Shown piece by piece: positions 46,024 through 55,651 of a DNA stretch of 64,000 nucleotides (positions are counted from its first letter, which is position 1; the number at the start of each line of letters is the position of its first letter). Position numbers and translations under genes: made by a program. Source of the DNA: an uncultured Planctomycetia bacterium. GTDB taxonomy: Bacteria > Omnitrophota > Gorgyraeia > Gorgyraeales > Gorgyraeaceae. A model generated the notes under the pieces. That model saw only the letters and a program-made list of their open reading frames with translations. It searched no databases and was not told the origin of the DNA. The stretch is taken from NCBI GenBank assembly GCA_964415355.1, contig CAYPYS010000002.1:74475-138474 (forward strand), given 5' to 3'.

Positions 46024-46815
46024 TTTTTTTCTATAGGCGTCTATATATGAGTCGCAGTAGAGTTGCTTTTCCATGACGAGTTCTGCAGTTATCGCGGCTT
46101 CCATCAGGTCCTTGTCTTCAGAGTCCATAATCGCCGCGTCAAGGCCAACGCTTATCGCCATTGATAAAAATGTACGGTTTATAAGCGATTTATACTTTGG
46201 CAATGCACCTTGAGATACATTTGATAGCCCTAAAATCGTTTTTGGCGCAGGATCCGCGAGCATCTTCGATTCTCTTATTGTTCTCAGCACCTCTTTTCCG
46301 TGGCCTTGCGCTACATTGACAGGCAGGATCACAGAGTCGATATATAGGTCTTGTGTGTTAAAGCCGAATTCCACGCATGAGGCCACGATTTTCATGGCCA
46401 ATTCCAAGCGGCCGTCAGCGTCCTTTGGTATGCCCGACTTGTCCATGGTCAGGCCTATCATGGAGGCGTTGTATTTTTTTGCAAGAGGAAAAAGTGCTTT
46501 TATTTTATCTTCATTCGCGTTTACGGAATTTATTATTGCTTTTGACTTGCATGCAGCTAGACCTGTCTCCATCACGTCCTGCTTGGTCGTGTCTATGGCG
46601 AGAGTTATGTCAGTGACTTCAGCGATCGTTTTTACGAGCCATTCCATCGTGGCTTTCGGGTCATCCGAAGCAGGACCCACGTTTACGTCCAGCGCGTTCG
46701 CGCCGCACTGGATCTGTTTCTTCGCAAGTCCCTGTATGACAGACTTGTCTTTTTTCTTTATTGCTTCCGCAACGTCTTTAAACATCCCGTTGATGCGCTC
46801 ACCTATTACGTACAT
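46021..46815 (-). CDS. acsE: Methyltetrahydrofolate:corrinoid/iron-sulfur protein methyltransferase (pterin-binding MeTr)
   Basis: MYVIGERINGMF N-terminus. Pterin-binding TIM-barrel pattern. Confidence 0.65.
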   Translation of the reverse strand: MYVIGERINGMFKDVAEAIKKKDKSVIQGLAKKQIQCGANALDVNVGPASDDPKATMEWLVKTIAEVTDITLAIDTTKQDVMETGLAACKSKAIINSVNANEDKIKALFPLAKKYNASMIGLTMDKSGIPKDADGRLELAMKIVASCVEFGFNTQDLYIDSVILPVNVAQGHGKEVLRTIRESKMLADPAPKTILGLSNVSQGALPKYKSLINRTFLSMAISVGLDAAIMDSEDKDLMEAAITAELVMEKQLYCDSYIDAYRKK

Positions 46816-46834
46816 ACATTCACCTCACAATGTA

Positions 46835-47794
46835 TTAAGCTTTACAGAGATTTTTTATTATTTTCTTAGTCTCTTCCACTGCTTTTGGATGATTCATTAC
46901 TAATATGTCAGCGCCCGCGTTCAAATACGCGGCAGCTGTTGCTGTCTCTAACAATGCTCCCCTATCCTTTGCCGGTCCCCATTCTTTGGCAGCCTCATCC
47001 CCTGTCTTTGCTTCTTTTGTGCGCCAGACCTCTTGTCCTACAAAATTTATAAGCGGCATCGAAAGCATCTTGTCGCCCGAAAGGCCTGCGAGCCTGGTCC
47101 TTTCCATTATAGAGTATGTGTATTCCAGGCCATAACCCAGCGCGCCTGTCGCATGATGTATTACGATTTTATCCTGCGGAAACTGCATGTCGCATATGAG
47201 TATATTGAGTTGCTTGGCAATGTTTATGTCTATCGGCGCCTCGGAAATAATACAATGCCCTCCGCTTAGACAGGCGGCTGTCAGTGTCTTGTAGTTTTCC
47301 TGAGTCGCTATCCCGAACAGGCAATTTTCGCCTTTCGCAACATTAGTACAGTGCACCATTACTTCGTTGTCTTTTTCAGGAGAAGAGCTTCCCAAAATTA
47401 TAAGAGGCACCCCAGCTGCCTTAAGTATTTTTTCCACAGTTTTGCCTGCTTCTTCGGGAGAGGCATTTTTGGAGTCAGGGTGAATACTTGCAAGCCTAAG
47501 GCAGATCATGTCAGCGGAAAATTTTTCAACGCACATCTTTGCCCATTCAGCAGGTTCTTTTAAGGCATTGCCGAATTCCGCCTTTAGCGTCTCGGGCCAT
47601 GATTCAGGCTCTATGTCCCAGACTTCCATAGCGACAACAGGTAGATTCGGACACTTGTCCTCGTCTTTTATGAAATAGATACCCGTCTCTCCGCCTATTT
47701 TGATTGTGCTGCTTCGCGTGCCGCCTTTATCTTTTGTTGCGCCTATTTCGACCTCGAAAATCTTATCCTGCCATTTTTCGATTACCTTTTCCAT
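46835..47794 (-). CDS. Acetyl-CoA decarbonylase/synthase delta subunit-like (corrinoid Fe-S protein small subunit, CdhD/AcsD)
   Basis: 319 aa TIM-barrel-like. Flanked by acsE and cooC on the same strand. Confidence 0.55.
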   Translation of the reverse strand: MEKVIEKWQDKIFEVEIGATKDKGGTRSSTIKIGGETGIYFIKDEDKCPNLPVVAMEVWDIEPESWPETLKAEFGNALKEPAEWAKMCVEKFSADMICLRLASIHPDSKNASPEEAGKTVEKILKAAGVPLIILGSSSPEKDNEVMVHCTNVAKGENCLFGIATQENYKTLTAACLSGGHCIISEAPIDINIAKQLNILICDMQFPQDKIVIHHATGALGYGLEYTYSIMERTRLAGLSGDKMLSMPLINFVGQEVWRTKEAKTGDEAAKEWGPAKDRGALLETATAAAYLNAGADILVMNHPKAVEETKKIIKNLCKA

Positions 47795-48513
47795 TTTTCC
47801 TCCACGATAGAGCTTAATTCACATGTCCCTGTTTCCAGCAGCTTATTGCCATCCTCGCTATTTTTTTGTATATCTTCCCTGAAAGGCATATAGCCTAATA
47901 AATTTAAACCCGCATCTTTGATTATCTTCAGTTTCTCGCTTTCTAATGCGCCTCTGGATTTGTTGATCAATAAAGTTATGTCTTTTACTTTTAAGCCAGC
48001 CTTACCGGCAGTGTTAAACGTATTGATAGCTGACTGGATTCCAACCATTGTAGTGTCGCTGACCAAGAGAAGCGAGTCGATCGCGCCTGCCGTGCGCCTG
48101 CTTAAGTGCTCCATGCCCGCTTCATTATCTATCACGACAAACCTGTAATTCTTGCTAAGTTTCAAGAGATATTCTCTTAGGATATTGTTTACCGCGCAGT
48201 AGCAGCCAGGTCCCTCGGGTCTACCCATGACCAGAAGATCAACTCCGCTGCCCTCCACTATTATCTCTTCCAATTTAAGATTAAAAAAATCTGTCTTGGA
48301 AAGACTTGCCGAAGATAGATTTTTTGCCTTTTCGCGTATGTCAGAAATGGTCTCTTCGTATTCAAAGCCCAGCAGCGTGTTGAGATTTGAGTTTGGATCA
48401 GCGTCAATGGCCAAAACCGGCCCGTCTTTTTTCCTGAGGGCCTGGATCAGAAGCGCGCTGATCGTAGATTTTCCAACTCCGCCTTTTCCGGCAACCGCTA
48501 TTATATGCGCCAT
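47782..48513 (-). CDS. cooC: CooC-family Ni-insertion accessory ATPase (CODH/ACS maturation)
   Basis: AVAGKGGVGKST deviant Walker A (MinD/ParA). CooC-like length. Confidence 0.7.
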   Translation of the reverse strand: MAHIIAVAGKGGVGKSTISALLIQALRKKDGPVLAIDADPNSNLNTLLGFEYEETISDIREKAKNLSSASLSKTDFFNLKLEEIIVEGSGVDLLVMGRPEGPGCYCAVNNILREYLLKLSKNYRFVVIDNEAGMEHLSRRTAGAIDSLLLVSDTTMVGIQSAINTFNTAGKAGLKVKDITLLINKSRGALESEKLKIIKDAGLNLLGYMPFREDIQKNSEDGNKLLETGTCELSSIVEEKWKR

Positions 48514-48525
48514 CTATCGCTTCGC

Positions 48526-48564
48526 CTAACTTTACACTTTAACGTTGTTGAAATGTAAAGTTAG
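48526..48564. repeat. R1 palindromic element (intra-operonic, between RACo and cooC)
   Basis: ctaactttacactttaacgttgttgaaatgtaaagttag. Contains the RACo stop. Confidence 0.9.
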
Positions 48565-50531
48565 AGGAGTTTTTTTACAGACGGGAATGCTTCTATGTCT
48601 GTGTGCGGTAAAAACAGGGCCGCACTGTAATTATTCATAAAATGTGGATTTGTGCTCAGATCGAGATATGTCATTTTATCCGCTATGAGGTTTGCCTTTT
48701 TCATCGCCTCGCTTGATAAGACACACATCTTTGCTCCTGTCACAGAGGTATTGCCCAAAAATTCGAATTTTTTCTCAGGCAGATCCGGCAGAAGCCCGAT
48801 ATTTATAGCTGACCTGATGTTTAAGGCCGCGCCCAGGCCGCCGGCGATGAATACATGCTTTAAATCCGATTTTTTGAAGCCGGATTCTTTTAACAACACC
48901 TCGATGCCGGTATAAATAGCGCCCTTAGAATGGATCACATTTTTAATATCATTCTCATCGATCGTTATATCTTTGCCCGTGGCCGATTTCTTTTTATCTA
49001 CGAGTACGATCTTTTTTATGCCGTCAGCATCTATTACTTTAAAAATTTTATTTTCTTTTATTTTCCCTGAACGGTCTATGACTTTATTTTCCATAAATAC
49101 GCTCAACGCGTCTATTATGCCTGAGCCGCATATGCCTTTCGGAGGCTTATTGCCTATAGTCCTTATGGCAAGCTTATTATTTTTTACAGAGACACCTTGT
49201 ATGGCCCCGGCCATCGCCCTTATACCTGAGCTCAGGCCTCCTCCTTCGAAGCATGGCCCTGCAGAAGTCGAACAGGTGACGTAGTAGTCTTTATTGCCCA
49301 AGACCACTTCACCATTTGTCCCCATATCTATGAAGAGAGAGATATCTTTTGAATTATCCATGCCTGAAGCCAGTACTCCTCCGACAATATCGCTTCCGAC
49401 ATAGCTCCCGACGCAAGGGAGGCAGGATAACAGCCCCCTCGGGTTTATTTTTATCCCGGCCTCTGCTGCTCTTATAACCGGCATAAAATTTACAGCAGGG
49501 ATATAGGGTTCTTTTCTTATGTATCCCGGGTCTATTTTTAGAAGAAGGTGCATCATCGTGGTGTTGCCGGCACACATGACTGCCGTAATATCGTCCAGGG
49601 TCAGGTCCTGTTCTTTCGAGAGACTGTATATAAGGACATTTATCGTATCTATGACGACATGATGAAGTTTCTCCAGCCCGCTTTCTTTCTCTGCGTATAC
49701 GATCCTCGATATGATGTCCTCTCCAAAGTCTACCTGCGGGTTGTAGCTCGCCCTGGCGCCAAGCACTTTTTGTGATTTTAGATTTACAAGATACGCGACA
49801 ATGGTGGTTGTCCCTATATCCAGCGCTATGCCGAAGTTTTTGGCAGACCTATTGCCCGGCTCTATCAAAACGATTTCCGTTGTATTGTTCCTGCTCCCAA
49901 GCGTTGCTGTGATCTGCCAATCGCTTTCTCTTAAAAGGTGGGGTAGTTTTTTTATATTGGCCAATCCCATCTGCATAACAGGGATATCCCCGTTCTTTCT
50001 TATCTCTCTGAAGAGCCTTTCCATGTCGCTGCAGTTATCGTCTATCGAAGGCGGCGAGAGATTCAGGAATAATTTTGTAGACAGAGGCCCGTGCTTGAAT
50101 ATCTTTGTTTCTGCCCCCAGGTGCTCTTCTTCTATTTTTTCCGCAGGGGTGTAGAGCCCTGCAAGCCTCTTTGCCTTTGCTTCTTCTGTCAAGACCTCTA
50201 TGTCTCCCAGTCTGGACTCCTCCGGCACGAGGACAGTCATGTCAGACTCAGGCGTGGTCCTGCAGGCCAAAACATAGCCTTTTTTGCGTTCTTTTTCAGA
50301 AATCCTTCCGCTGTGCTCGGTTATGAATTTGCCTTTTTTAATAATAACCTTGCATCTGCCGCAGACCCCTTCTCCCCCACAGCTATTATATATATGTATG
50401 CCAGATTTAATAGCAGCGGTCAGGAGGTCTGTGCCTTTATCTACAGAAACAGTCCTCTTTTCAGGCAAAAATGTTACGACAACGTTTTCCATAATAGACT
50501 TAATTTTAACATGGCAGGCTATAAGGGTCAA
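48561..50531 (-). CDS. Reductive activator of corrinoid Fe-S protein (RACo-like): N-terminal 2Fe-2S ferredoxin + ASKHA ATPase domain
   Basis: CGGEGVCGRCKV plant-type ferredoxin motif. ~620 aa ASKHA-like C-domain. The start may be M14 (ATG 50492) instead of TTG 50531. Confidence 0.55.
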   Translation of the reverse strand: MTLIACHVKIKSIMENVVVTFLPEKRTVSVDKGTDLLTAAIKSGIHIYNSCGGEGVCGRCKVIIKKGKFITEHSGRISEKERKKGYVLACRTTPESDMTVLVPEESRLGDIEVLTEEAKAKRLAGLYTPAEKIEEEHLGAETKIFKHGPLSTKLFLNLSPPSIDDNCSDMERLFREIRKNGDIPVMQMGLANIKKLPHLLRESDWQITATLGSRNNTTEIVLIEPGNRSAKNFGIALDIGTTTIVAYLVNLKSQKVLGARASYNPQVDFGEDIISRIVYAEKESGLEKLHHVVIDTINVLIYSLSKEQDLTLDDITAVMCAGNTTMMHLLLKIDPGYIRKEPYIPAVNFMPVIRAAEAGIKINPRGLLSCLPCVGSYVGSDIVGGVLASGMDNSKDISLFIDMGTNGEVVLGNKDYYVTCSTSAGPCFEGGGLSSGIRAMAGAIQGVSVKNNKLAIRTIGNKPPKGICGSGIIDALSVFMENKVIDRSGKIKENKIFKVIDADGIKKIVLVDKKKSATGKDITIDENDIKNVIHSKGAIYTGIEVLLKESGFKKSDLKHVFIAGGLGAALNIRSAINIGLLPDLPEKKFEFLGNTSVTGAKMCVLSSEAMKKANLIADKMTYLDLSTNPHFMNNYSAALFLPHTDIEAFPSVKKLL

Positions 50532-50533
50532 GC

Positions 50534-50546
50534 CTAACTTTACACA
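50534..50546. repeat. R1 left-arm fragment
   Basis: ctaactttacaca, followed directly by an inverted R2. Confidence 0.6.
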
Positions 50547-50553
50547 CTAATAG

Positions 50554-50578
50554 TGTCATTCCCGCAAAAGCGGGAATC
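50554..50578. repeat. R2 hairpin element, inverted orientation, AAAA loop
   Basis: tgtcattcccgcaaaagcgggaatc. Confidence 0.8.
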
Positions 50579-50597
50579 TATAAAATACTCAATCCAT

Positions 50598-50623
50598 GGA
50601 TCCCCGTTTTCACGGGGATGACA
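50598..50623. repeat. R2 hairpin element, divergent copy
   Basis: ggatccccgttttcacggggatgaca (arms co-varied: CCCCG/CGGGG). Confidence 0.75.
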
Positions 50624-50661
50624 TAGAGAAAAACCCTGTCGAGATGGGTCTCAACAGGGTT
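50622..50661 (-). terminator. Intrinsic terminator for the lipoprotein gene
   Basis: Minus-strand stem AACCCTG...CAGGGTT followed by UUUUUCUCU, 30 nt downstream of the stop at 50691. Confidence 0.55.
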
Positions 50662-50690
50662 TATGGGCGATGGACAAATGCCTTGAAAAA

Positions 50691-50993
50691 CTATTTTTGG
50701 ATTACCTTAAGCTCAGTGCCGCATGTAGGACAATATTGAACACCAGAACCAAAGCTCTGGCCGCAATCAGGGCAGAATTTTGTCATCATCGCATCTCCTG
50801 CTAATGCGCCTCCTGCCGCGCCTACTGCGCCGCCTATAAGCGCGCCTTCAGCAGTGCGTCCTGACTGGTGCCCTATAATAGCGCCTGCGCCTGCCCCGAC
50901 AAGCGTGCCTATGCCGGCGCCTTTTTGTGTTCCTGTGCAACCAATGACGAATACCATCAACATTATGATGACTAACAAGCTATATTTTTTCAT
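50691..50993 (-). CDS. Lipoprotein with Gly-zipper segment and a C-terminal zinc ribbon
   Basis: Lipobox VIGC. GAGIGTLVGAGAGAIIG Gly-zipper. C-terminal CPDCGQSFGSGVQYCPTCGTEL. Confidence 0.5.
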   Translation of the reverse strand: MKKYSLLVIIMLMVFVIGCTGTQKGAGIGTLVGAGAGAIIGHQSGRTAEGALIGGAVGAAGGALAGDAMMTKFCPDCGQSFGSGVQYCPTCGTELKVIQK

Positions 50994-51042
50994 AGTAACA
51001 CCTCCTAGTTAAATTATAGCATTTTTTGCCTATAAAACAAGG

Positions 51043-51588
51043 CTATTTGATCAGCCTTACGCGGTTTGGCGGCCAATAAATCAAAAAGGCCTTCCCTATC
51101 AAGTATTTTTTTGGCAAGAATCCCCAATATCGACTATCTCGGCTAGAGATGCTGTTGTCTCCTAAAACATAATAGGCATCTTCAGGGACTTCTATTGTTT
51201 GATCATCCGCGCCAAAATCCCCTCTGTTGTAATAATAACGCTCTCTTATGACTGAGTCTTTATCGACAGCCTTATCGTTTATTAAGATAGCGCCATTACG
51301 GATATTCACCGTGTCTCCCGGCATACCTACCAGCCTTTTGATAAAATCCTTTTTCTCGTCCTCGGGGGACTTGAATACGATTACGTCTCCCTGCCGGGGT
51401 TCCTTGAACTTGTAAATAAATTTGCTTACGAGGATCCTGTCTCCCTCAATTAGTGTCGGTCGCATCGAACCAGTCGGTATCTTAAAGGCCTGGACGACAA
51501 AGGTCCTTATGATAAGCGCGAGCACGATCGCTACTATTATAGGTTCGACCCATTCTTTCAAAAAGTATCTCAATTTGCTATTCATCAT
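51043..51588 (-). CDS. lepB: Signal peptidase I
   Basis: PTGSMRPTL (catalytic Ser) and GDNSISSRDSRYWG box E. Confidence 0.8.
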   Translation of the reverse strand: MMNSKLRYFLKEWVEPIIVAIVLALIIRTFVVQAFKIPTGSMRPTLIEGDRILVSKFIYKFKEPRQGDVIVFKSPEDEKKDFIKRLVGMPGDTVNIRNGAILINDKAVDKDSVIRERYYYNRGDFGADDQTIEVPEDAYYVLGDNSISSRDSRYWGFLPKKYLIGKAFLIYWPPNRVRLIK

Positions 51589-51594
51589 ATTTTC

Positions 51595-51633
51595 TTAACT
51601 TTACATTTCAACAACGTTGAAGTGTAAAGTTAG
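51595..51633. repeat. R1 palindromic element
   Basis: ttaactttacatttcaacaacgttgaagtgtaaagttag. Contains the lepA stop. Confidence 0.9.
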
Positions 51634-53423
51634 ATTTTTAAGGCGGCGAGAAATGCCTCTTGCGGGATCTGGATCTTCCCAAATTGCTTGAGTCGTTTTT
51701 TGCCAGCCTTCTGTTTTTCCCAGAGTTTACGTTTTCTAGTAATGTCTCCGCCGTAACATTTACTTGTTACGTTTTTAGATAAAGGCGAGACTCTTGACCT
51801 CGCCAGGATCTTTGAGCCGATAGCGGCCTGTATTATTACCTCATAAAGCTGCCTGGGTATTAATTCTTTTAGTTTTTCTGCCAGCGCCCTGCCTTTAAAG
51901 TCTGCCTTTTCCCTGTGCACGATAGAAGAAAGCGCTTCGCATGGCTGTCCATTTATCAATATGTCTAATTTTACCAGGTCACCGGGGATGTATTCTGTTA
52001 TCTCATAGTCAATGGAGCCATAGCCCCTGGTCATTGATTTTATCTTATCATAAAAATCAACTATAATCTCGGATAGTGGCATTTCAAAGATTAGCTTTAT
52101 TTTATCCTTGGACACGTATTCAGTTGATTTATATTCGCCTCTTTTTGTCTTACAAAAATCTATTGTCGCGCTCAGGCTGTCCTGAGGCACCATTATAAAC
52201 ACTGTAGAGAATGGCTCTGATATCTCGAGTATATTTTGAGGGTCAGGAAGTTTGCTCGGGTTATCGACTTCGATCTCTTTTCCTTTTTTATCTTTTACCT
52301 TGTGCACTACGCTTGGCGTTGTAAGGACAAGATCCAGGTCGTATTCTCTTTCGAGCCTTTCCTGTACTATCTCCATATGAAGAAGTCCGAGAAATCCGCA
52401 TCTGTAACCAAATCCGAGCGACTGTGAAGTTTCGACCTCGAACTCAAAGGATGCATCGCTTAATTTTAATTTCGCGACAGAGCTTTTTAATGCCTCGAAG
52501 TCTTTTGCATTCACAGGATATATGCCGCAGAAGACCATGGATTTCATGGGCCTGTAGCCGGGGAGGGCTTTGTCAGCCGGTCTCTTTGTCTCTGTGACAG
52601 TGTCTCCGTTAGTCACGTCCTTGGCTTCTTTTATCTGACAGGCTATGTAGCCTACTTCGCCTGCGCAAAGTGATTCTATTTTCTTCATCTTAGGGGTGAA
52701 GATGCCGACTTCCTGCACTTCATATTTTTTGCCCGACGACATCATGGTAACATGCACTCCCTTTTTTATCATGCCATTCACGACCCTTATGTAGACGATA
52801 ACACCCTTGTAAGTATTATATAGAGAATCGAATATAAGGGCCTGTAGAGGTTTTTTGTGATCCCCTTTTGGGCTAGGGACATCAGTTATTATTCTTTCTA
52901 GTATACCTTCTGTCCCTGTTCCTTCTTTGGCGCTGGCCATTATAATGCTATTTTTATCTATTTTTAATATATTCTCTATTTCCTCTTTTACTTTTTCAGG
53001 GTCAGCGTTCTGTAGATCTATTTTATTTATTACGGGGATTATGGTGAGTTTTTTTTCCAGGGCCTGTTGTAGATTCGCTACTGTCTGTGCCTCTACGCCT
53101 TGTGCGGCATCGACCAGGAGAATAGCGCCTTCGCAGGCCGATAGAGATTTTGATACTTCATAGCTGAAATCCACATGACCGGGCGTGTCTATGAGATTTA
53201 ATTCGTAGATCTGGCCGTTTTTGGCCTTATAAGCCATTCTTACTGCGCTTGCTTTGATAGTGATGCCGCGTTCTCGCTCGAGGTCCATGTCGTCCAGAAG
53301 CTGTTCTCTGAACTGCCGCTTGTCGACCGTGTGGGTAAACTGTAGCAATCTGTCGGCTAGCGTAGATTTTCCGTGATCGATGTGAGCGATGATACAAAAA
53401 TTTCTTGTCTTCGATATGTCCAT
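51630..53423 (-). CDS. lepA: Elongation factor 4 (LepA)
   Basis: NFCIIAHIDHGKSTLADRLL GTPase G1. 597 aa LepA architecture. Confidence 0.9.
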   Translation of the reverse strand: MDISKTRNFCIIAHIDHGKSTLADRLLQFTHTVDKRQFREQLLDDMDLERERGITIKASAVRMAYKAKNGQIYELNLIDTPGHVDFSYEVSKSLSACEGAILLVDAAQGVEAQTVANLQQALEKKLTIIPVINKIDLQNADPEKVKEEIENILKIDKNSIIMASAKEGTGTEGILERIITDVPSPKGDHKKPLQALIFDSLYNTYKGVIVYIRVVNGMIKKGVHVTMMSSGKKYEVQEVGIFTPKMKKIESLCAGEVGYIACQIKEAKDVTNGDTVTETKRPADKALPGYRPMKSMVFCGIYPVNAKDFEALKSSVAKLKLSDASFEFEVETSQSLGFGYRCGFLGLLHMEIVQERLEREYDLDLVLTTPSVVHKVKDKKGKEIEVDNPSKLPDPQNILEISEPFSTVFIMVPQDSLSATIDFCKTKRGEYKSTEYVSKDKIKLIFEMPLSEIIVDFYDKIKSMTRGYGSIDYEITEYIPGDLVKLDILINGQPCEALSSIVHREKADFKGRALAEKLKELIPRQLYEVIIQAAIGSKILARSRVSPLSKNVTSKCYGGDITRKRKLWEKQKAGKKRLKQFGKIQIPQEAFLAALKI

Positions 53424-53431
53424 ATTCCGCG

Positions 53432-53470
53432 CTAACTTTACATTTTAACGTTGTTGAAATGTAAAGTTAG
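53432..53470. repeat. R1 palindromic element
   Basis: ctaactttacattttaacgttgttgaaatgtaaagttag. Contains the phosphohexomutase stop. Confidence 0.9.
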
Positions 53471-54873
53471 ATGTTTTGGGCGATTTTCTTTCCGAAGTCG
53501 AGATAGTCTTTGGCTAGTTTATCGCTAGATGCCTCTGCGTAAATTCTTAATATCGGTTCTGTGCCCGAAAGCCTCAAGATAAGCCAGCTGTCGTCCTCTA
53601 AAATAAACTTATACCCATCATACGACTTTAATTCTTTTATAGGTTTTTCAAGGATCTTTTTCGGAGCGTTGTTTTTCAGAAATTCCATGAGTTTTTTCTT
53701 TTTGGCGTCGGGATACTCCATGTCTATTCTCGCGTAACAGAATCTGCCGTATTCTTTTTCAATATCTTTTAGTATATCCAAAATGCCTTTTTTTCTATGG
53801 GCCATCATCTCGATAAGGAGTATTCCCAGGAGCATGCCGTCTCTCTCAGGCATATAGTTTTTTACGCCTATGCCGCCTGATTCCTCGCCGCCTATAAGCA
53901 CGTCCTCGTCCAGCATGAGCCTGCATATGTATTTAAAGCCCACGGGCGTCTCGTGCAGCTTGAGCTTGTATTTTTTGACAATTCTTTCTATAAGCGTTGT
54001 ATTCGATACAGTCTTGACTACGGAACCCGTCCATTTCTTGTCTTCAATAAAATGGAGCAGGAGCAAAGACATTACTTGTCCGGCGCCCAGGAATTTTCCC
54101 CCTGGCACGACTGCCCCGATCCTGTCCGCGTCCCCGTCATTTACTATCGCGATGTCAAATTTTTCGTTTTTCATCCTCTCGAACACTGCTTCGAGGTTTT
54201 TAGGTATAGGTTCCGGGTTTATCCCCCCGAAGAGAGGGTCTCGGCCTGCCCTCATCTGCGCAATCTGGATCTTAGTGTCCTTTAGTATTTCTTTTATGTA
54301 TCCGTCGCCTACGCCATACATGCAGTCTACGAGGACATTTAGCTTCGCGTTTTTCAGAAGATCCATGTCTATGTATGACGTTATGAATTTCATATAGCTT
54401 GATTTGAAATCTGTCATCTTGACGGCACCTGAAGAAACAGCTGCAGCTATAGGGAGACTTTTTATCTGATTCTTGCCAAGTAACGACTCGACTGATTTTG
54501 TGATCCCTTTATCAGCAGATCCTGCGTAAGAAGCCTTTATTTTAATACCATTATATGAGGGAGGGTTATGGCTGGCAGTTATCATTATCCCGCCCTGTAG
54601 CTTTTTGTTCTTTATCTCTAAGCTTACAAGGGGCGTTGGCACTGCTTTATCCGAAAGCAATACCTTTATGCTGTTTGCCGCCAGGACCTCGGCGACTATC
54701 TCAGCGTATTTCTCGGATAAAAACCTCCAATCATAACCAATGGCAAGCGTGGATCCCTTCTTCTCTTTATTAAAATGGTCCGCGATCGCCTGCGAAACCA
54801 TGCGCACGTTTTCAAATGTAAAATCATCTGATATTATCGCCCTCCAACCGTCGGTGCCAAACTTTATGCTCAT
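53467..54873 (-). CDS. Phosphoglucomutase/phosphomannomutase-family phosphohexomutase
   Basis: ITASHNPPSYNG active-site loop. GDADR metal loop. Confidence 0.8.
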   Translation of the reverse strand: MSIKFGTDGWRAIISDDFTFENVRMVSQAIADHFNKEKKGSTLAIGYDWRFLSEKYAEIVAEVLAANSIKVLLSDKAVPTPLVSLEIKNKKLQGGIMITASHNPPSYNGIKIKASYAGSADKGITKSVESLLGKNQIKSLPIAAAVSSGAVKMTDFKSSYMKFITSYIDMDLLKNAKLNVLVDCMYGVGDGYIKEILKDTKIQIAQMRAGRDPLFGGINPEPIPKNLEAVFERMKNEKFDIAIVNDGDADRIGAVVPGGKFLGAGQVMSLLLLHFIEDKKWTGSVVKTVSNTTLIERIVKKYKLKLHETPVGFKYICRLMLDEDVLIGGEESGGIGVKNYMPERDGMLLGILLIEMMAHRKKGILDILKDIEKEYGRFCYARIDMEYPDAKKKKLMEFLKNNAPKKILEKPIKELKSYDGYKFILEDDSWLILRLSGTEPILRIYAEASSDKLAKDYLDFGKKIAQNI

Positions 54874-54892
54874 TTCTCTATCGCCCTTTCTT

Positions 54893-54932
54893 CTTAAGTT
54901 TACATTTCAACAACGTTAAAGTGTAAACTTAA
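54893..54932. repeat. R1 palindromic element with a compensated G/C arm swap
   Basis: cttaagtttacatttcaacaacgttaaagtgtaaacttaa. Contains the rpe stop. Confidence 0.85.
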
Positions 54933-55612
54933 CGGAGTTTTTTTACAGCGTCTTTTGGGTCACTTGCTCCAAAAAAGTAAGAACCTGCTACGATTATGTT
55001 CGCGCCTGCATCTATGACTGTTTTTACGTTTTTATCGTTTATTCCGCCGTCTATTTCGATATCGCCTGAATAAACTTTTCTAGCTTCTTTTATTTTTGGC
55101 ACAACGCTTTCAATAAACTTCTGGCCGCCAAATCCCGGGTGAACCGACATAATCAGTATCATGCTGACTTCATTCAGTATATTTTTTATGCAAAACGGCG
55201 AATCAGGGTTCAGTGATATTCCTGCCTTCTTTCCCAGGGTCTTTATTTGCTCAAGGACTTTCTTTATTTTGCTCTCATCGACTTCTTTTACTGTTCTTGA
55301 GGCGCCTTTTTTCGTATCTAGTCCGTATGCTTCGGCGTGTATGGTTATGATATCGCTTCCAGCGTCGGAAAACTCTTTTACGAATTTATGTGGCTCCTCG
55401 ATCATCAAGTGTACATCCAGCGGAAGCCGGGTGACCTTTCGTACGGCAGCAACTACAACAGGGCCTATAGTGATGTTTGGGACGAAATGGCCATCCATTA
55501 CGTCGACATGCACCATGTCTGCTCCGGCGTCTTCTATCTTTTTGACTTCTTCTCCGAGTCTCGAGAAATCAGCCGAAAGTATGCTAGGGGCTACAAGTAT
55601 ATCTTTTTTCAT
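54929..55612 (-). CDS. rpe: Ribulose-phosphate 3-epimerase
   Basis: APSILSADF...HVDVMDGHFVPN pattern. Confidence 0.85.
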   Translation of the reverse strand: MKKDILVAPSILSADFSRLGEEVKKIEDAGADMVHVDVMDGHFVPNITIGPVVVAAVRKVTRLPLDVHLMIEEPHKFVKEFSDAGSDIITIHAEAYGLDTKKGASRTVKEVDESKIKKVLEQIKTLGKKAGISLNPDSPFCIKNILNEVSMILIMSVHPGFGGQKFIESVVPKIKEARKVYSGDIEIDGGINDKNVKTVIDAGANIIVAGSYFFGASDPKDAVKKLR

Positions 55613-55625
55613 TGAGCTCTCCTAT

Positions 55626-55651
55626 GGATTCCCGCGTTCGCGGGAATGACA
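55626..55651. repeat. R2 hairpin element
   Basis: ggattcccgcgttcgcgggaatgaca, directly upstream of the rpe SD (AGGAGA). Confidence 0.85.
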
